64,000 nt of DNA from contig CAXXHO010000005.1 in NCBI GenBank assembly GCA_963667725.2, forward strand, positions 1,280,001-1,344,000, read 5' to 3'. This document shows, one piece after another, positions 9,697 through 18,639 of the stretch. Position 1 is the first letter of the stretch, and each line of letters begins with the position of its first letter. This DNA comes from Treponemataceae bacterium (GTDB lineage: Bacteria > Spirochaetota > Spirochaetia > Treponematales > Rectinemataceae). A program made the translations under genes and the position numbers. The notes below the pieces were generated by a model that did not search any database, had not been told where the DNA came from, and worked only from the letters and a program-made list of their open reading frames with translations.

Positions 9697-11189
9697 CCCG
9701 CGGCGTCCTTCACCGATTCGCCTTCCCATGGCAGGTCGGGCTGCATGGATGGATCTTCCCTGAACGCCGGATCCAGAAGTGCGCGACGCAGTAACTCCGG
9801 GTTCTCCAGCATCCCCCCTCCTCGGCATGCGCCCTCATTGTCAGGCAACCTGCCCGACACCGTGATGAACCATTTCGCCCGCCTCATGACCACGCCCAGA
9901 CGCGAGAGGGATGAGGCCTTTATCGGAGATTGCTTTCTGGCCTTCAGGATGCGCATGGCTGACTTAGGGCCGATTCCCGGCACGCGCAGGAGCTCCCTGT
10001 AATCGGCTGTCGATAGCTCCACGGGAAAAAACTGGATGTTGCGAAGCGCCCAGGAGCTCTTGGGGTCCATGTTCTGGTCGAGGAAGGGGTGGGACGAATC
10101 CAGGATTTCCGAGGCTTCGAAACCGTAGAAGCGGAAAAGCCAGTCGGCCTGGTAGAGCCTGTGCTCTCTCGCGAGCGGGGGCCTGGCGACGACGGGAAGC
10201 CTTGGATCAGCCCCCGTCGGAATGAACGCCGAGTAATAGACTCGCCTGACATCGTAGGCCAGGTAGAGATTCTCGGCGAGGGTGAGAATGGTGGCATCGG
10301 ATTCTGGGCTGGCTCCGATCACCAGCTGCGTCGTCTGTCCGGCGGGCATGAGCGGGGCTTCCGGGTTTCGCGTCCGGGTCTTCCTCGCGTCGAATACGCT
10401 GATTCCCTTCGACAGGTCGCGGTCGGCTGGCCTCAGGTCCCGAGGAATGGGTTTAATGTAGGGGATGAGGGCGCTGTCGCCTGCCGGAGGTAAGGCTGGG
10501 GTATCGGTCGCGGTAACGACCCCGGCTCCGACAGCGCCCGGCGCGGATGCCGAGACGGCCCGGGGCGTCGCGGCCGCGATCTGCGGCGCCTCGAAGCCGC
10601 CTGCCTTCGCGAGCGCTCTCATGGGACCGAAAATCGCTTTGGGCGTCTTGTCCGGCGCGATTCTCGAAAGGCTGGCCGCGCTCGGCAGCTCTATGTTCAC
10701 CGAAACCCTGTCCGCCCATCTGGCCGCTTCGAGGACAAGCCTTTCCGAGGCGCCGGGTATCACCTTGAGATGGATGTAGCCGTTGAAACGCTCCCTGGTC
10801 CTCAGGGTCCTGGCGACCCAGATCAGGCGTTCCATCGTCGCGTCCGGGCAGCCGATTACGCCCGATGAAAGAAAAGTGCCTTCTATATAATTGCGGCGAT
10901 AGAAGTCGATGATGAGCCGAACGAGTTCCTCGGGCTCGAAGGCCGCCCGCCTGACATCGTTCGAGCGTCTGTTTACGCAATAGGCGCAATCGTAGGCGCA
11001 GGCGTTGGAAAGCAGCACCTTGAGGAGGGCGACGCAGCGTCCGTCGGACGCCCAAGCGTGGCATATGCCGCCGACGGCGCCGTTGCCCAGGCCGCCAGGG
11101 GTGTTTTTTCGCCCGCTTCCCGAGGTGGAGCAGGAGGCGTCATATTTTGCGGCGTCGGCCAGGACGCCGATTTTATCGTTTACGTTCAT
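9693..11189 (-). CDS. TIGR03916 putative DNA modification/repair radical SAM protein
   Basis: AKYDASC, CAYDCAYC radical SAM motif, REHRLYQADWL, HhH motif VPGIGPKSA. Confidence 0.92.
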   Translation of the reverse strand: MNVNDKIGVLADAAKYDASCSTSGSGRKNTPGGLGNGAVGGICHAWASDGRCVALLKVLLSNACAYDCAYCVNRRSNDVRRAAFEPEELVRLIIDFYRRNYIEGTFLSSGVIGCPDATMERLIWVARTLRTRERFNGYIHLKVIPGASERLVLEAARWADRVSVNIELPSAASLSRIAPDKTPKAIFGPMRALAKAGGFEAPQIAAATPRAVSASAPGAVGAGVVTATDTPALPPAGDSALIPYIKPIPRDLRPADRDLSKGISVFDARKTRTRNPEAPLMPAGQTTQLVIGASPESDATILTLAENLYLAYDVRRVYYSAFIPTGADPRLPVVARPPLAREHRLYQADWLFRFYGFEASEILDSSHPFLDQNMDPKSSWALRNIQFFPVELSTADYRELLRVPGIGPKSAMRILKARKQSPIKASSLSRLGVVMRRAKWFITVSGRLPDNEGACRGGGMLENPELLRRALLDPAFREDPSMQPDLPWEGESVKDAAG

Positions 11190-11232
11190 GTATACTAAAC
11201 ATCAGTTTAGTATACATGAAGACTGCTGTCAA
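11185..11232 (-). promoter_or_regulatory. sigma70 promoter overlapped by a perfect 36-bp palindromic operator
   Basis: Minus strand TTGACA-17-TAAACT; TTCATGTATACTAAAC-atca-GTTTAGTATACATGAA at 11185-11220. Confidence 0.75.
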
Positions 11233-11675
11233 CGATCGCCGTCCAGTCTCGCTTCGAACACGAACTGTTCCTTGACCTTCAGGAATCCTTCCCTTCCATA
11301 GAAACGATGGGCGTCCTCGCGTATGACATTCGCTCGGAGGCGGACAATGCCCAGCTGTTTGGCCTTTGTCCATTTTTTCACTTCGCCCATGAGCGCCGCG
11401 CCGATGCCGGCGCTACGGTGCTTCGTGTCGACGACGAAACCCGAGATTTCGACATAGACGGGCGTGTAGAAATGGTCGATGACGCCCACGCTCGTCCAGC
11501 CGACAACCTGGCCGGAAAGCTCGGCGACGATGACCCGTTCTTCGGGGTTGCCCGCATATCTCCGGAGGCCTGCCTGAACCGAGCCGATCGAGGCGGGATA
11601 GCCGAGCTGGGCGGCGAGATCGGCAAGGGCCGCGGCGTCGGCGTCGATCGCGTCCCTGATGATCAATGGTTTCAT
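11229..11675 (-). CDS. GNAT acetyltransferase
   Basis: RSAGIG, AHRFY motifs. Confidence 0.85.
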   Translation of the reverse strand: MKPLIIRDAIDADAAALADLAAQLGYPASIGSVQAGLRRYAGNPEERVIVAELSGQVVGWTSVGVIDHFYTPVYVEISGFVVDTKHRSAGIGAALMGEVKKWTKAKQLGIVRLRANVIREDAHRFYGREGFLKVKEQFVFEARLDGDR

Positions 11676-11693
11676 GGCAGGTTCCTTTTCTTG

Positions 11694-12623
11694 TCAGTTT
11701 TCGAGCGAATAATAGGCAACGACATCGATGTCGTCGAACCCGGCGTTTTTGTAGAGCTTCATGGCGTGGACGTTGGTGCTGTCTACATCGATCAGGATTT
11801 CATGGTCGCGGCCGATCAGGTCGAGGACGGCGCAGAGAAATTCCATCCCGTATCCTTTGCCCTGCTCGTCGGGGGATACTGCCAGAGTATTGACCGAGAG
11901 CACGCCCTCCTCGTCGGCGACGAAGCAGGTAGCCACGATTTTCCCCTTGAGTGAGCCGAGGTATGCCCGCCTGGCGCCCGAAGCGAAACTTGAACGCACG
12001 AAGGCTTCGGTTTCCGCTCCCGGATCGTTGAAAGCGGCGGAGAGAATCTTTGTCATGACCGGAACGTCGGACAGTCCCCCCTCCCGCAGCCTCAGCCGGT
12101 CGGGGTGCTGCCAGAGTATATGCCGCGTCAGCCTGAGCGCGTGCTCCTCGTGTTCCGGCACGCCCTCAACCCTCGACACGAACGCCTTCCCCGACGCTGA
12201 GCGGTCGTTGCATACGAGGAGCTGCCGCGCGCCGCCTATCGTGGCGCCGCCTATCGTGGCGCCGCCTATCGTGGCGCCGCCTATCGTGGCGCCGCCTATC
12301 GTGGCGCCGCCTATCGTGGCGCCGCCAGCGAGTGCCTTCCGCGCTGCCGCCAGCAGCCTGCCGGCGTGGCCGTTTCTCCTTGCCTCAGGCGCCACGCATA
12401 TGGCGATCTCGCCTTCCTCGGCCCTGGGCGCGAAAATCGAAGCCAGGCCCAGGAGCCAGCCTTTTTCATACAGAAGGAACCAGCTGTCCATATTCTTGCG
12501 GAAATTCAGACGATGGTCGATCTGGACGCAGGGAGAACAGCCGTCGAAGGCCGCGCAGGCTCCGATCAAGGCCTTTACGTCGGCTTCCTTCGCTTCATCG
12601 AGACTCTCGAGTTCATATATCAT
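11694..12623 (-). CDS. Tandem-domain GNAT acetyltransferase with a GGATI repeat insertion
   Basis: Two acetyl-CoA motifs (RRNGHA, QGKGYG), NVHAMKLY. Confidence 0.8.
   Translation of the reverse strand: MIYELESLDEAKEADVKALIGACAAFDGCSPCVQIDHRLNFRKNMDSWFLLYEKGWLLGLASIFAPRAEEGEIAICVAPEARRNGHAGRLLAAARKALAGGATIGGATIGGATIGGATIGGATIGGATIGGARQLLVCNDRSASGKAFVSRVEGVPEHEEHALRLTRHILWQHPDRLRLREGGLSDVPVMTKILSAAFNDPGAETEAFVRSSFASGARRAYLGSLKGKIVATCFVADEEGVLSVNTLAVSPDEQGKGYGMEFLCAVLDLIGRDHEILIDVDSTNVHAMKLYKNAGFDDIDVVAYYSLEN
12229..12326. repeat. 15-bp tandem repeat (GCGCCGCCTATCGTG) x6 plus an 8-bp partial copy
   Basis: Identical units read directly; in frame as (GGATI)6 on the minus strand. Confidence 0.97.
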
Positions 12624-13850
12624 TTATTGTCCTTTTATGGTTCTGCCGATTTTCTGCCCGGACACCGAGGAAGCCCTGAGATACAGGAGGGACGAAGCGC
12701 TGAATATCGCGCCCGCGATGATCCAGACCCCGGGTATCATCAAACGGGTCACGAGGGCTGCGAAGGCGAGGGACCCCGCGGCTCCGCCCAACTGGACAGC
12801 GAGCGATCCCAGGGAAAGCATCGACGACCTTCTGTCCTCGGGGATTTCGACATTAAAAATTGTGTTTTCAGGCACGTTGGCCATGCCGTTGAAGAGAAAC
12901 ATCGTGAGATAGAAGACCGAGAAGGAAAGTGTCGTCTTCTGGAGCGCAAGCGCAAGTATCAAGACTCCCGCGGCGATCCTGAGGAGGAAAAGCAGGAAAA
13001 GATGGGGGATTCTCCGCCTAGAGAGAAGGAGGCCGACGAGGAGGACGCCAGCCAGGGAGGCGATGAAATAACCGCTGTTCACGATGCCGAAAATCCAGGT
13101 CTTTTGGTCCGACCCGAGAATTTCCTTCAGCCGCGGCTGCCAGTAGACTTCTATCGCGGAAAAGGTGAATCCCCAGAGGCATGTCCCCGCCAGCAGCAGT
13201 CCAAGAATTCTGCTTCCGCGGATTATCCTGAGGGAATCGAGCACATAATCCCCGAATTTGATGGAAGGCCCGACTGGCGGCTCATCCTTTTTAGTCGTCA
13301 GCAAGGTCAAGGCCAAGAGGGCCAGAAGGATCAGGATCTGCGCGACGAGATTGCCGTTGTAGCGGTCGGAAGCCGGCCAGAGCTTTTCCCAGAGGAGAGG
13401 GAGAAAACCTCCGAGAAGGGCACCCGAGGCGAGGCCCGCCGTTTCGCCGGCGCTTATGACGCTCATGAGCTTGTGGAGGTTTTCCTTGCCGTGGACGTTT
13501 ATATAGTCGTTTATATAGACGGCCTCTATGGAGCCTGAGGAGAAAGCCCTCGAAACGGCATACAGGGCGAAGCCGAATAGAATAGGCATGAAGCCTTCGG
13601 CCCATATGAGTATGAAACGCGCCGCCAGGGAAAAGCCTATGGAGATGAGATAGATGCGCTTCCTGCCTATCGAGTCCGATAATATCCCGCTGGGGAATTC
13701 CAGAAGCACGACGATGATGGAGACGATCGCTCCGATAATACCGAGGTTTTCGATCGACACTCCCCTGGACAGGATCATGAGGCTCATCACCGTCGTCATG
13801 ATGCCCATGACCATCCAGTGCAGGAATCTGTTCAGGAAGGGAATTATCAT
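12624..13850 (-). CDS. MFS transporter
   Basis: EFPSGILSDSIGRKR, SSGSIEA; about 12 TM segments. Confidence 0.85.
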   Translation of the reverse strand: MIIPFLNRFLHWMVMGIMTTVMSLMILSRGVSIENLGIIGAIVSIIVVLLEFPSGILSDSIGRKRIYLISIGFSLAARFILIWAEGFMPILFGFALYAVSRAFSSGSIEAVYINDYINVHGKENLHKLMSVISAGETAGLASGALLGGFLPLLWEKLWPASDRYNGNLVAQILILLALLALTLLTTKKDEPPVGPSIKFGDYVLDSLRIIRGSRILGLLLAGTCLWGFTFSAIEVYWQPRLKEILGSDQKTWIFGIVNSGYFIASLAGVLLVGLLLSRRRIPHLFLLFLLRIAAGVLILALALQKTTLSFSVFYLTMFLFNGMANVPENTIFNVEIPEDRRSSMLSLGSLAVQLGGAAGSLAFAALVTRLMIPGVWIIAGAIFSASSLLYLRASSVSGQKIGRTIKGQ

Positions 13851-14071
13851 CGCAGCTCCCGGCGCGTCGCAGGTTCGTCATCATATTCGGGGTATTCGGG
13901 CGCCAGGCGAATTATCGCCCGCGATTCTTCCCTGGTCAATGCGCTCGCTCCCAACTTGACGGCGCTTTTCGCGGGGGGCTACAGTCAGTATGTCTTGCCG
14001 ATTGGCGCGAGTCGGCGAATTCGGGCTCCGGCAAGATCAAAAAACGACGAAACAAGCGCCGAGGAGAAGCC

Positions 14072-15172
14072 ATGGGAACCGAGGATGTTCGAACGAAGCG
14101 CGCGGCGATAGTCTCGATGCTCCACCCGCGGGGGATTCCCTCTCTCTGGTGTCCGCCCATCACGCACTACGACGCGAGCGGGAAAATCGACTTGGCGAGA
14201 TCCCGGGCCCACCTCGCGAGGATCATTCCTTACGCGCCCTGCCTCCTCATTCCGGGCTCCACCGGCGACGGCTGGGAAATGGGCGAGGCCGAGACGGAAA
14301 CAATGCTCCGCGACCTTCTTCCCATCGTCGGATCCCTGGGCGGCAAGGTTCTGGTCGGAGCCCTTCATCCGAGCGCCTCCGCCGCCAGGCGCGCGATGGA
14401 ATCAAGGATGGACTTGGCTCTCGAGACCGCCGGCTCCAGAATCCGCGCCGAAAGCCTGCTCGGCGATCCGCTGAAATCAGCCGCGGCATGCGCCAAGGCG
14501 GGAATCGCGGGCTTCGCCGTCTGCGCCCCCGCGGGAGTCGATCTGACCCAGGAACAGATAGGCGCCGCTCTCTCCGGTATTCTCGACATGGGGCTGCCCA
14601 CCGCCGTTTACCAGCTTCCCCAGGTGACGAAAAACGAGATAGAACCCGAAACCTTCGCCCTTCTCGTGGCGTACTACCCCAATCTCTATCTTTTCAAGGA
14701 TACGAGCGGACTGGACCATGTGGCCTTGGCCGATATCGAGAGGGGAGGGGTTTTCTTCGCGCGCGGCGCCGAGGGGGACTTCTCGCGCTGGATATCCAGG
14801 TCGGCCAGCCCCGAGGGCGCGGCGGCCGAGCATCGCTATGATGGATTCCTCCTCAGTTCGGCCAACGTTTTCGCGAAAGACTTGGCCGAGATAATCGAGG
14901 CCGCGCGAAACGGCGAGCAGGCCAGGGCCGACTTGATTTCGGGAAAGATCGACCGCGTGGTCGCCGCCGTATTCGCCGAGGCGGCCAAGCTGCCCTTCGG
15001 AAACGCTTTCAGTAACGCCAACCGCGCGTTGGAATGGGCGATGTCCATCGGAGACGGCTCCGTCGAGCTTCCGCCGCCGAGAACGCATTGCGGCGAGAAG
15101 CTTCCCGCTTCCCTGCTTCATTTTGCCGCCGCGGCCTTGGCTTCGGAGGGGATGAAAGCGGTATATTCCTGA
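14072..15172 (+). CDS. Dihydrodipicolinate synthase/N-acetylneuraminate lyase-like class I aldolase
   Basis: PPITHY, GSTGDG, YQLPQVT, FKDTSG (Schiff-base Lys); SD gaggag. Confidence 0.7.
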   Translation: MGTEDVRTKRAAIVSMLHPRGIPSLWCPPITHYDASGKIDLARSRAHLARIIPYAPCLLIPGSTGDGWEMGEAETETMLRDLLPIVGSLGGKVLVGALHPSASAARRAMESRMDLALETAGSRIRAESLLGDPLKSAAACAKAGIAGFAVCAPAGVDLTQEQIGAALSGILDMGLPTAVYQLPQVTKNEIEPETFALLVAYYPNLYLFKDTSGLDHVALADIERGGVFFARGAEGDFSRWISRSASPEGAAAEHRYDGFLLSSANVFAKDLAEIIEAARNGEQARADLISGKIDRVVAAVFAEAAKLPFGNAFSNANRALEWAMSIGDGSVELPPPRTHCGEKLPASLLHFAAAALASEGMKAVYS

Positions 15173-15174
15173 AC

Positions 15175-16422
15175 ATGAGCAAAAACTGGAAGAAGGACCT
15201 GGCTCTTTTCCTGGGCAGCCAGGCGGTTTCGATTTTCGGATCCATGCTGGTGCAGTACGCCATCATGTGGCACATAACGCTCAGCGCGAATTCGGGATCG
15301 GTTCAGACACTCTACATTGTTTGCGGCATACTGCCCACGTTTTTCATATCGCCCTTTGCCGGAGTCTGGGCGGACCGTCACGATCGCAGAAAGCTCATCA
15401 TGCTCTCCGACTCGATGATCGCGGTCACGACGCTCATCGTCGCCATAATATTCCTGGTAAGCGGGGAGAAAAGTCTTGTCTTGCTCCTGGCGGCTTCGGC
15501 GGTGCGCGCCCTTGGACAGGGAATCCAGACGCCGTCGGTGGGAGCCTTCCTTCCGCAGATCGTGCCCCAGGAACATCTCACCAAGGCCAATGCCTTCGCT
15601 ACGACCATCCAGTCCGTCATCATGCTGGCCTCGCCCCTGCTCAGCGCCGCCCTTCTTTCCTTCGCCTCGATAGAAGCCATCTTTTTCATCGACGTGGCGA
15701 CAGCCCTGGCCGCCGTATCCATCCTCGGATTTTTCCTTAAAACGCCTCCCCACGAACGCGCTACCAGGAAGATCGAACTGAGCTATTTTCACGACCTTCG
15801 CAAGGGATTTTCCTATATCGGCTCGCACGCCTATCTGAAGTTCTTCTTCCTCTACTGCGCGATGTTCTTTTTCTTCGCGGCCCCCATCGCCTTCCTGACG
15901 CCCCTCCAGGTAGCCCGTTCGTTCGGCGGCGACGTCTGGCGCCTCACGGCCATAGAGATAAGCTTTTCGCTCGGGATGATGGGAGGCGGGCTGCTCATGG
16001 GCACCTGGGGCGGGTTCAGGAACAGGGTCCATACCATGGCTTTTTCCAGCTTCCTCATGGGAGCCATGACCCTGGCTCTGGGCCTCGTGCCGGTTTTTTG
16101 GATCTACCTTATATTCATGGGGCTGACCGGCGTTTCCATGCCCATCTTCAATACGCCCGCCTCCGTCCTTCTCCAGGAGAAGGTAGAACCCGATTTCCTG
16201 GGACGGGTCTTTGGCGTCCTGGGCATGATCTCTAGCGTTATGATGCCGATTGGGATGCTTCTCTTCGGGCCAATAGCCGATGTGGTGAGGATTGAATGGC
16301 TGCTTGTGGGCAGCGGCGGCGTGATCGCTCTCCTCGGGCTCTTCCTGATGGGCAACAAAGTATTGGCAAGCCACGGATTGCCCGCGGATCCAGTAGGTCA
16401 GGAACCTTCAGGCCAGGTTTGA
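15175..16422 (+). CDS. MFS transporter, DHA3/MefA-like family
   Basis: FLGSQAVSIFGSMLVQYAI, GVWADRHDRR, LGRVFG. Confidence 0.85.
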   Translation: MSKNWKKDLALFLGSQAVSIFGSMLVQYAIMWHITLSANSGSVQTLYIVCGILPTFFISPFAGVWADRHDRRKLIMLSDSMIAVTTLIVAIIFLVSGEKSLVLLLAASAVRALGQGIQTPSVGAFLPQIVPQEHLTKANAFATTIQSVIMLASPLLSAALLSFASIEAIFFIDVATALAAVSILGFFLKTPPHERATRKIELSYFHDLRKGFSYIGSHAYLKFFFLYCAMFFFFAAPIAFLTPLQVARSFGGDVWRLTAIEISFSLGMMGGGLLMGTWGGFRNRVHTMAFSSFLMGAMTLALGLVPVFWIYLIFMGLTGVSMPIFNTPASVLLQEKVEPDFLGRVFGVLGMISSVMMPIGMLLFGPIADVVRIEWLLVGSGGVIALLGLFLMGNKVLASHGLPADPVGQEPSGQV

Positions 16423-16451
16423 ATAAAAGATAATGTTTGCCGCGCGTCGGC

Positions 16452-17402
16452 TCATTCGCTCATCCGGGCGAGAGTGCCGGAGTCGGCCACCAGGCAGTCC
16501 ATGGCTCTTTTTACGACAAAGCCCTCGGCCAGATAAAGCGCGAGAGCGTTATTGTTGCTCGCGTTCACCGAAAGGCTGGCAGACCGGAAACCTTGGGCCG
16601 CCCCGAAGCGTATCGCGCTCCTGATGAGGACCTTCCCGAGACCCAGGTGCCGGTACGCCCTATCCACCGAAACGGCGCTTATAAAAATCGATCCTTCTTC
16701 ATCGTCGCGTTCGCAGTAGATGGTTCCGCAGGCTTTGCCCTCGGGATCGAGGAGAAGCATGGCGCCTCCTTCCAGGGCTTCGGCGCCGCCAAGCCTTTCC
16801 GCCCAATCCTCCACCCTCGTGTCGCTGGAGCCTGTCACCTCGCGGAAATTGCGGTTCCTCACGAGGACGAAATCGGCCAGGGCGTCCGCGTCATCCCTCC
16901 GCAGGACGGTCAGCGCAAAACCCGGCGGAAGAACCGGCTTGCCGCATTCCATGTCGTCGCGGCGCATGGCGCAGGCCATCCTTTCCATGACAAAACCGGA
17001 CTCAAGCAGGAACTCGCCGAGAAAAGGCAATCCGGAGGGGAGGAAGAGATAAAGGCTTAGGCTTTTTGCCGCGCTGGCGGCCTCGGCCGCCCTGACGGTC
17101 CTGGCCGCTGCGCCGAGGAGCATCCGGTAGGCCTCGCGTCGTTCGGAAAGATCGCTGACCGAAGCGTGGAGCATCGCAATCCTGATTCTGCCCGACGCTA
17201 TCATCGAGGCGCTGAGCATGAGCGATAGGACGGCGACCATGGCGCCCTGCCTGTCCCGGAGGACGAAACTGGGCTGCTCGTGATTGCCCATGAAATCGGC
17301 GCCGGGAACATAGGATTCGTCGTGCTCGCGTCCGTGCCGGGCGCAATATTTCAGGAAACCGGCCTTATTCCCCTGACCAAAGGATTCCAGCTTGAAGTTC
17401 AT
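16452..17402 (-). CDS. GNAT acetyltransferase (two-domain)
   Basis: YRHLGLG, NNNALALY motifs. Confidence 0.8.
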   Translation of the reverse strand: MNFKLESFGQGNKAGFLKYCARHGREHDESYVPGADFMGNHEQPSFVLRDRQGAMVAVLSLMLSASMIASGRIRIAMLHASVSDLSERREAYRMLLGAAARTVRAAEAASAAKSLSLYLFLPSGLPFLGEFLLESGFVMERMACAMRRDDMECGKPVLPPGFALTVLRRDDADALADFVLVRNRNFREVTGSSDTRVEDWAERLGGAEALEGGAMLLLDPEGKACGTIYCERDDEEGSIFISAVSVDRAYRHLGLGKVLIRSAIRFGAAQGFRSASLSVNASNNNALALYLAEGFVVKRAMDCLVADSGTLARMSE

Positions 17403-17589
17403 GTCCTGAATAATACCACCGTAATTATTGAAAATGAATGCCGTAACGCTTCAGTACCCTCAGCGCTCGCAGCGTATTCCATTTGCCGCTTCCCCGCTTT
17501 GTCAATCGAAGGATCCCGAGACTTGCCTGTCCGGGATTCCCTCATTAGATTAATCGGATACGATCGACGCTCAGGAGGATTCCGCTATA

Positions 17590-17907
17590 ATGAAGATTAC
17601 GAAAGAAAACTTGATTCGCCGGATGGCCGTGATTGTCGCTTTGCTGGCCGTCGCCTTTCTCTTCAGTTCCTGCTTGCCGGGAGACGGAAAGAATAGCGTG
17701 GAGAAGCCCGCCAACTTCCTGATGGGAATCTGGCATGGATGGATAGCGCCTCTTTCGATGATCGTGGGCATTTTCAACGGCAATATTCGCGTCTATGAAG
17801 TGAACAACAGCGGCTGGTGGTACGATATGGGCTTCTATATGGCCATCATCTCGGGATTCGGCGGGATCGCCCTCTCCAGGAAAGCCAGGAAAGAAAGGCA
17901 CGTCTGA
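17590..17907 (+). CDS. Small membrane (lipo)protein
   Basis: Lipobox-like FSSC, GIWHGWIAP, WYDMGF; SD aggagg. Confidence 0.7.
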   Translation: MKITKENLIRRMAVIVALLAVAFLFSSCLPGDGKNSVEKPANFLMGIWHGWIAPLSMIVGIFNGNIRVYEVNNSGWWYDMGFYMAIISGFGGIALSRKARKERHV

Positions 17908-17920
17908 GTTCGGGGCCGGT

Positions 17921-18595
17921 TTACTCCGCTACGACGACGGACAGATCGACGAATTCCGCGCCGTAGCGCGTTTCGAGAATATGACGCGCGAGATCGAAGG
18001 CGGGAGCCTCGGCTTTCGCGATGATCACGGAGTCGGAGGTGGCTATAGCCCCGCCTTTCCAAGCTGAAACGAAACCGTCGGCGCTTGGGCCCAGGATGAC
18101 TTCGCCGGCGATGCCGCGACGGGCGAGGGTCTTCCGCAGCGCTTCGGCGTGATCCGCGCTGCGGGGTATGGGGGCATCGAGGAAAAACGTCGCCTGGTTG
18201 ACTTCGAGCATGGCAAGATTTCCGCAGAGTTCGTCGATGGCCGCGTAGAATTGGGCGGCATCGGCCACCCGGCCGTGGGCTCCCCCCGCGTCGCGCAGGA
18301 ATCCGTCGGTCGAGATGAAAAGCGGGTGTCCTCGAAGATAATTCGTGATAGTGAAAAGAATATTGTAGCTATCCACCGCGATGCGCGAATCCCGAGGAAC
18401 TGAGGCGGCGCGCCGCAGCGCGTTGGCGAGCGAAAGATTCCCGGGCAGGACTCCCCTGAAAAGAACCATGCGTTCAGCCTTGTCGAGCCTGTAACGATCG
18501 CCCGTGAGCTTGATGCTCGCGTCGACCGGATAGCCTCTGTCCAGAAGCAGTCGATAGTCTCGCGCCGCCTCGCGAAAATCACCGTCGAAATTCAT
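17921..18595 (-). CDS. DUF434-domain protein (PIN-like)
   Basis: DYRLLLDRGY, VDSYNI, DGFLRDAG, ATSDSVI. Confidence 0.75.
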   Translation of the reverse strand: MNFDGDFREAARDYRLLLDRGYPVDASIKLTGDRYRLDKAERMVLFRGVLPGNLSLANALRRAASVPRDSRIAVDSYNILFTITNYLRGHPLFISTDGFLRDAGGAHGRVADAAQFYAAIDELCGNLAMLEVNQATFFLDAPIPRSADHAEALRKTLARRGIAGEVILGPSADGFVSAWKGGAIATSDSVIIAKAEAPAFDLARHILETRYGAEFVDLSVVVAE

Positions 18596-18639
18596 TCATT
18601 CATCCTTCCGCGTGATCGCCGATGCCTTGGGAGGTCTTT

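Noticed and set aside
12229..12326. CRISPR-like array
   Set aside because: Head-to-tail 15-bp units with no spacers, inside a CDS, and no cas genes in the window.
11761..12912. 383-aa plus-strand ORF with PPIVA repeats
   Set aside because: Antisense shadow of the GNAT/MFS genes; the minus strand carries the recognisable motifs.
15175..16422. Acquired macrolide resistance gene mef(A)
   Set aside because: Only family-level similarity; no msr(D) partner or mobile context, so resistance cannot be inferred.
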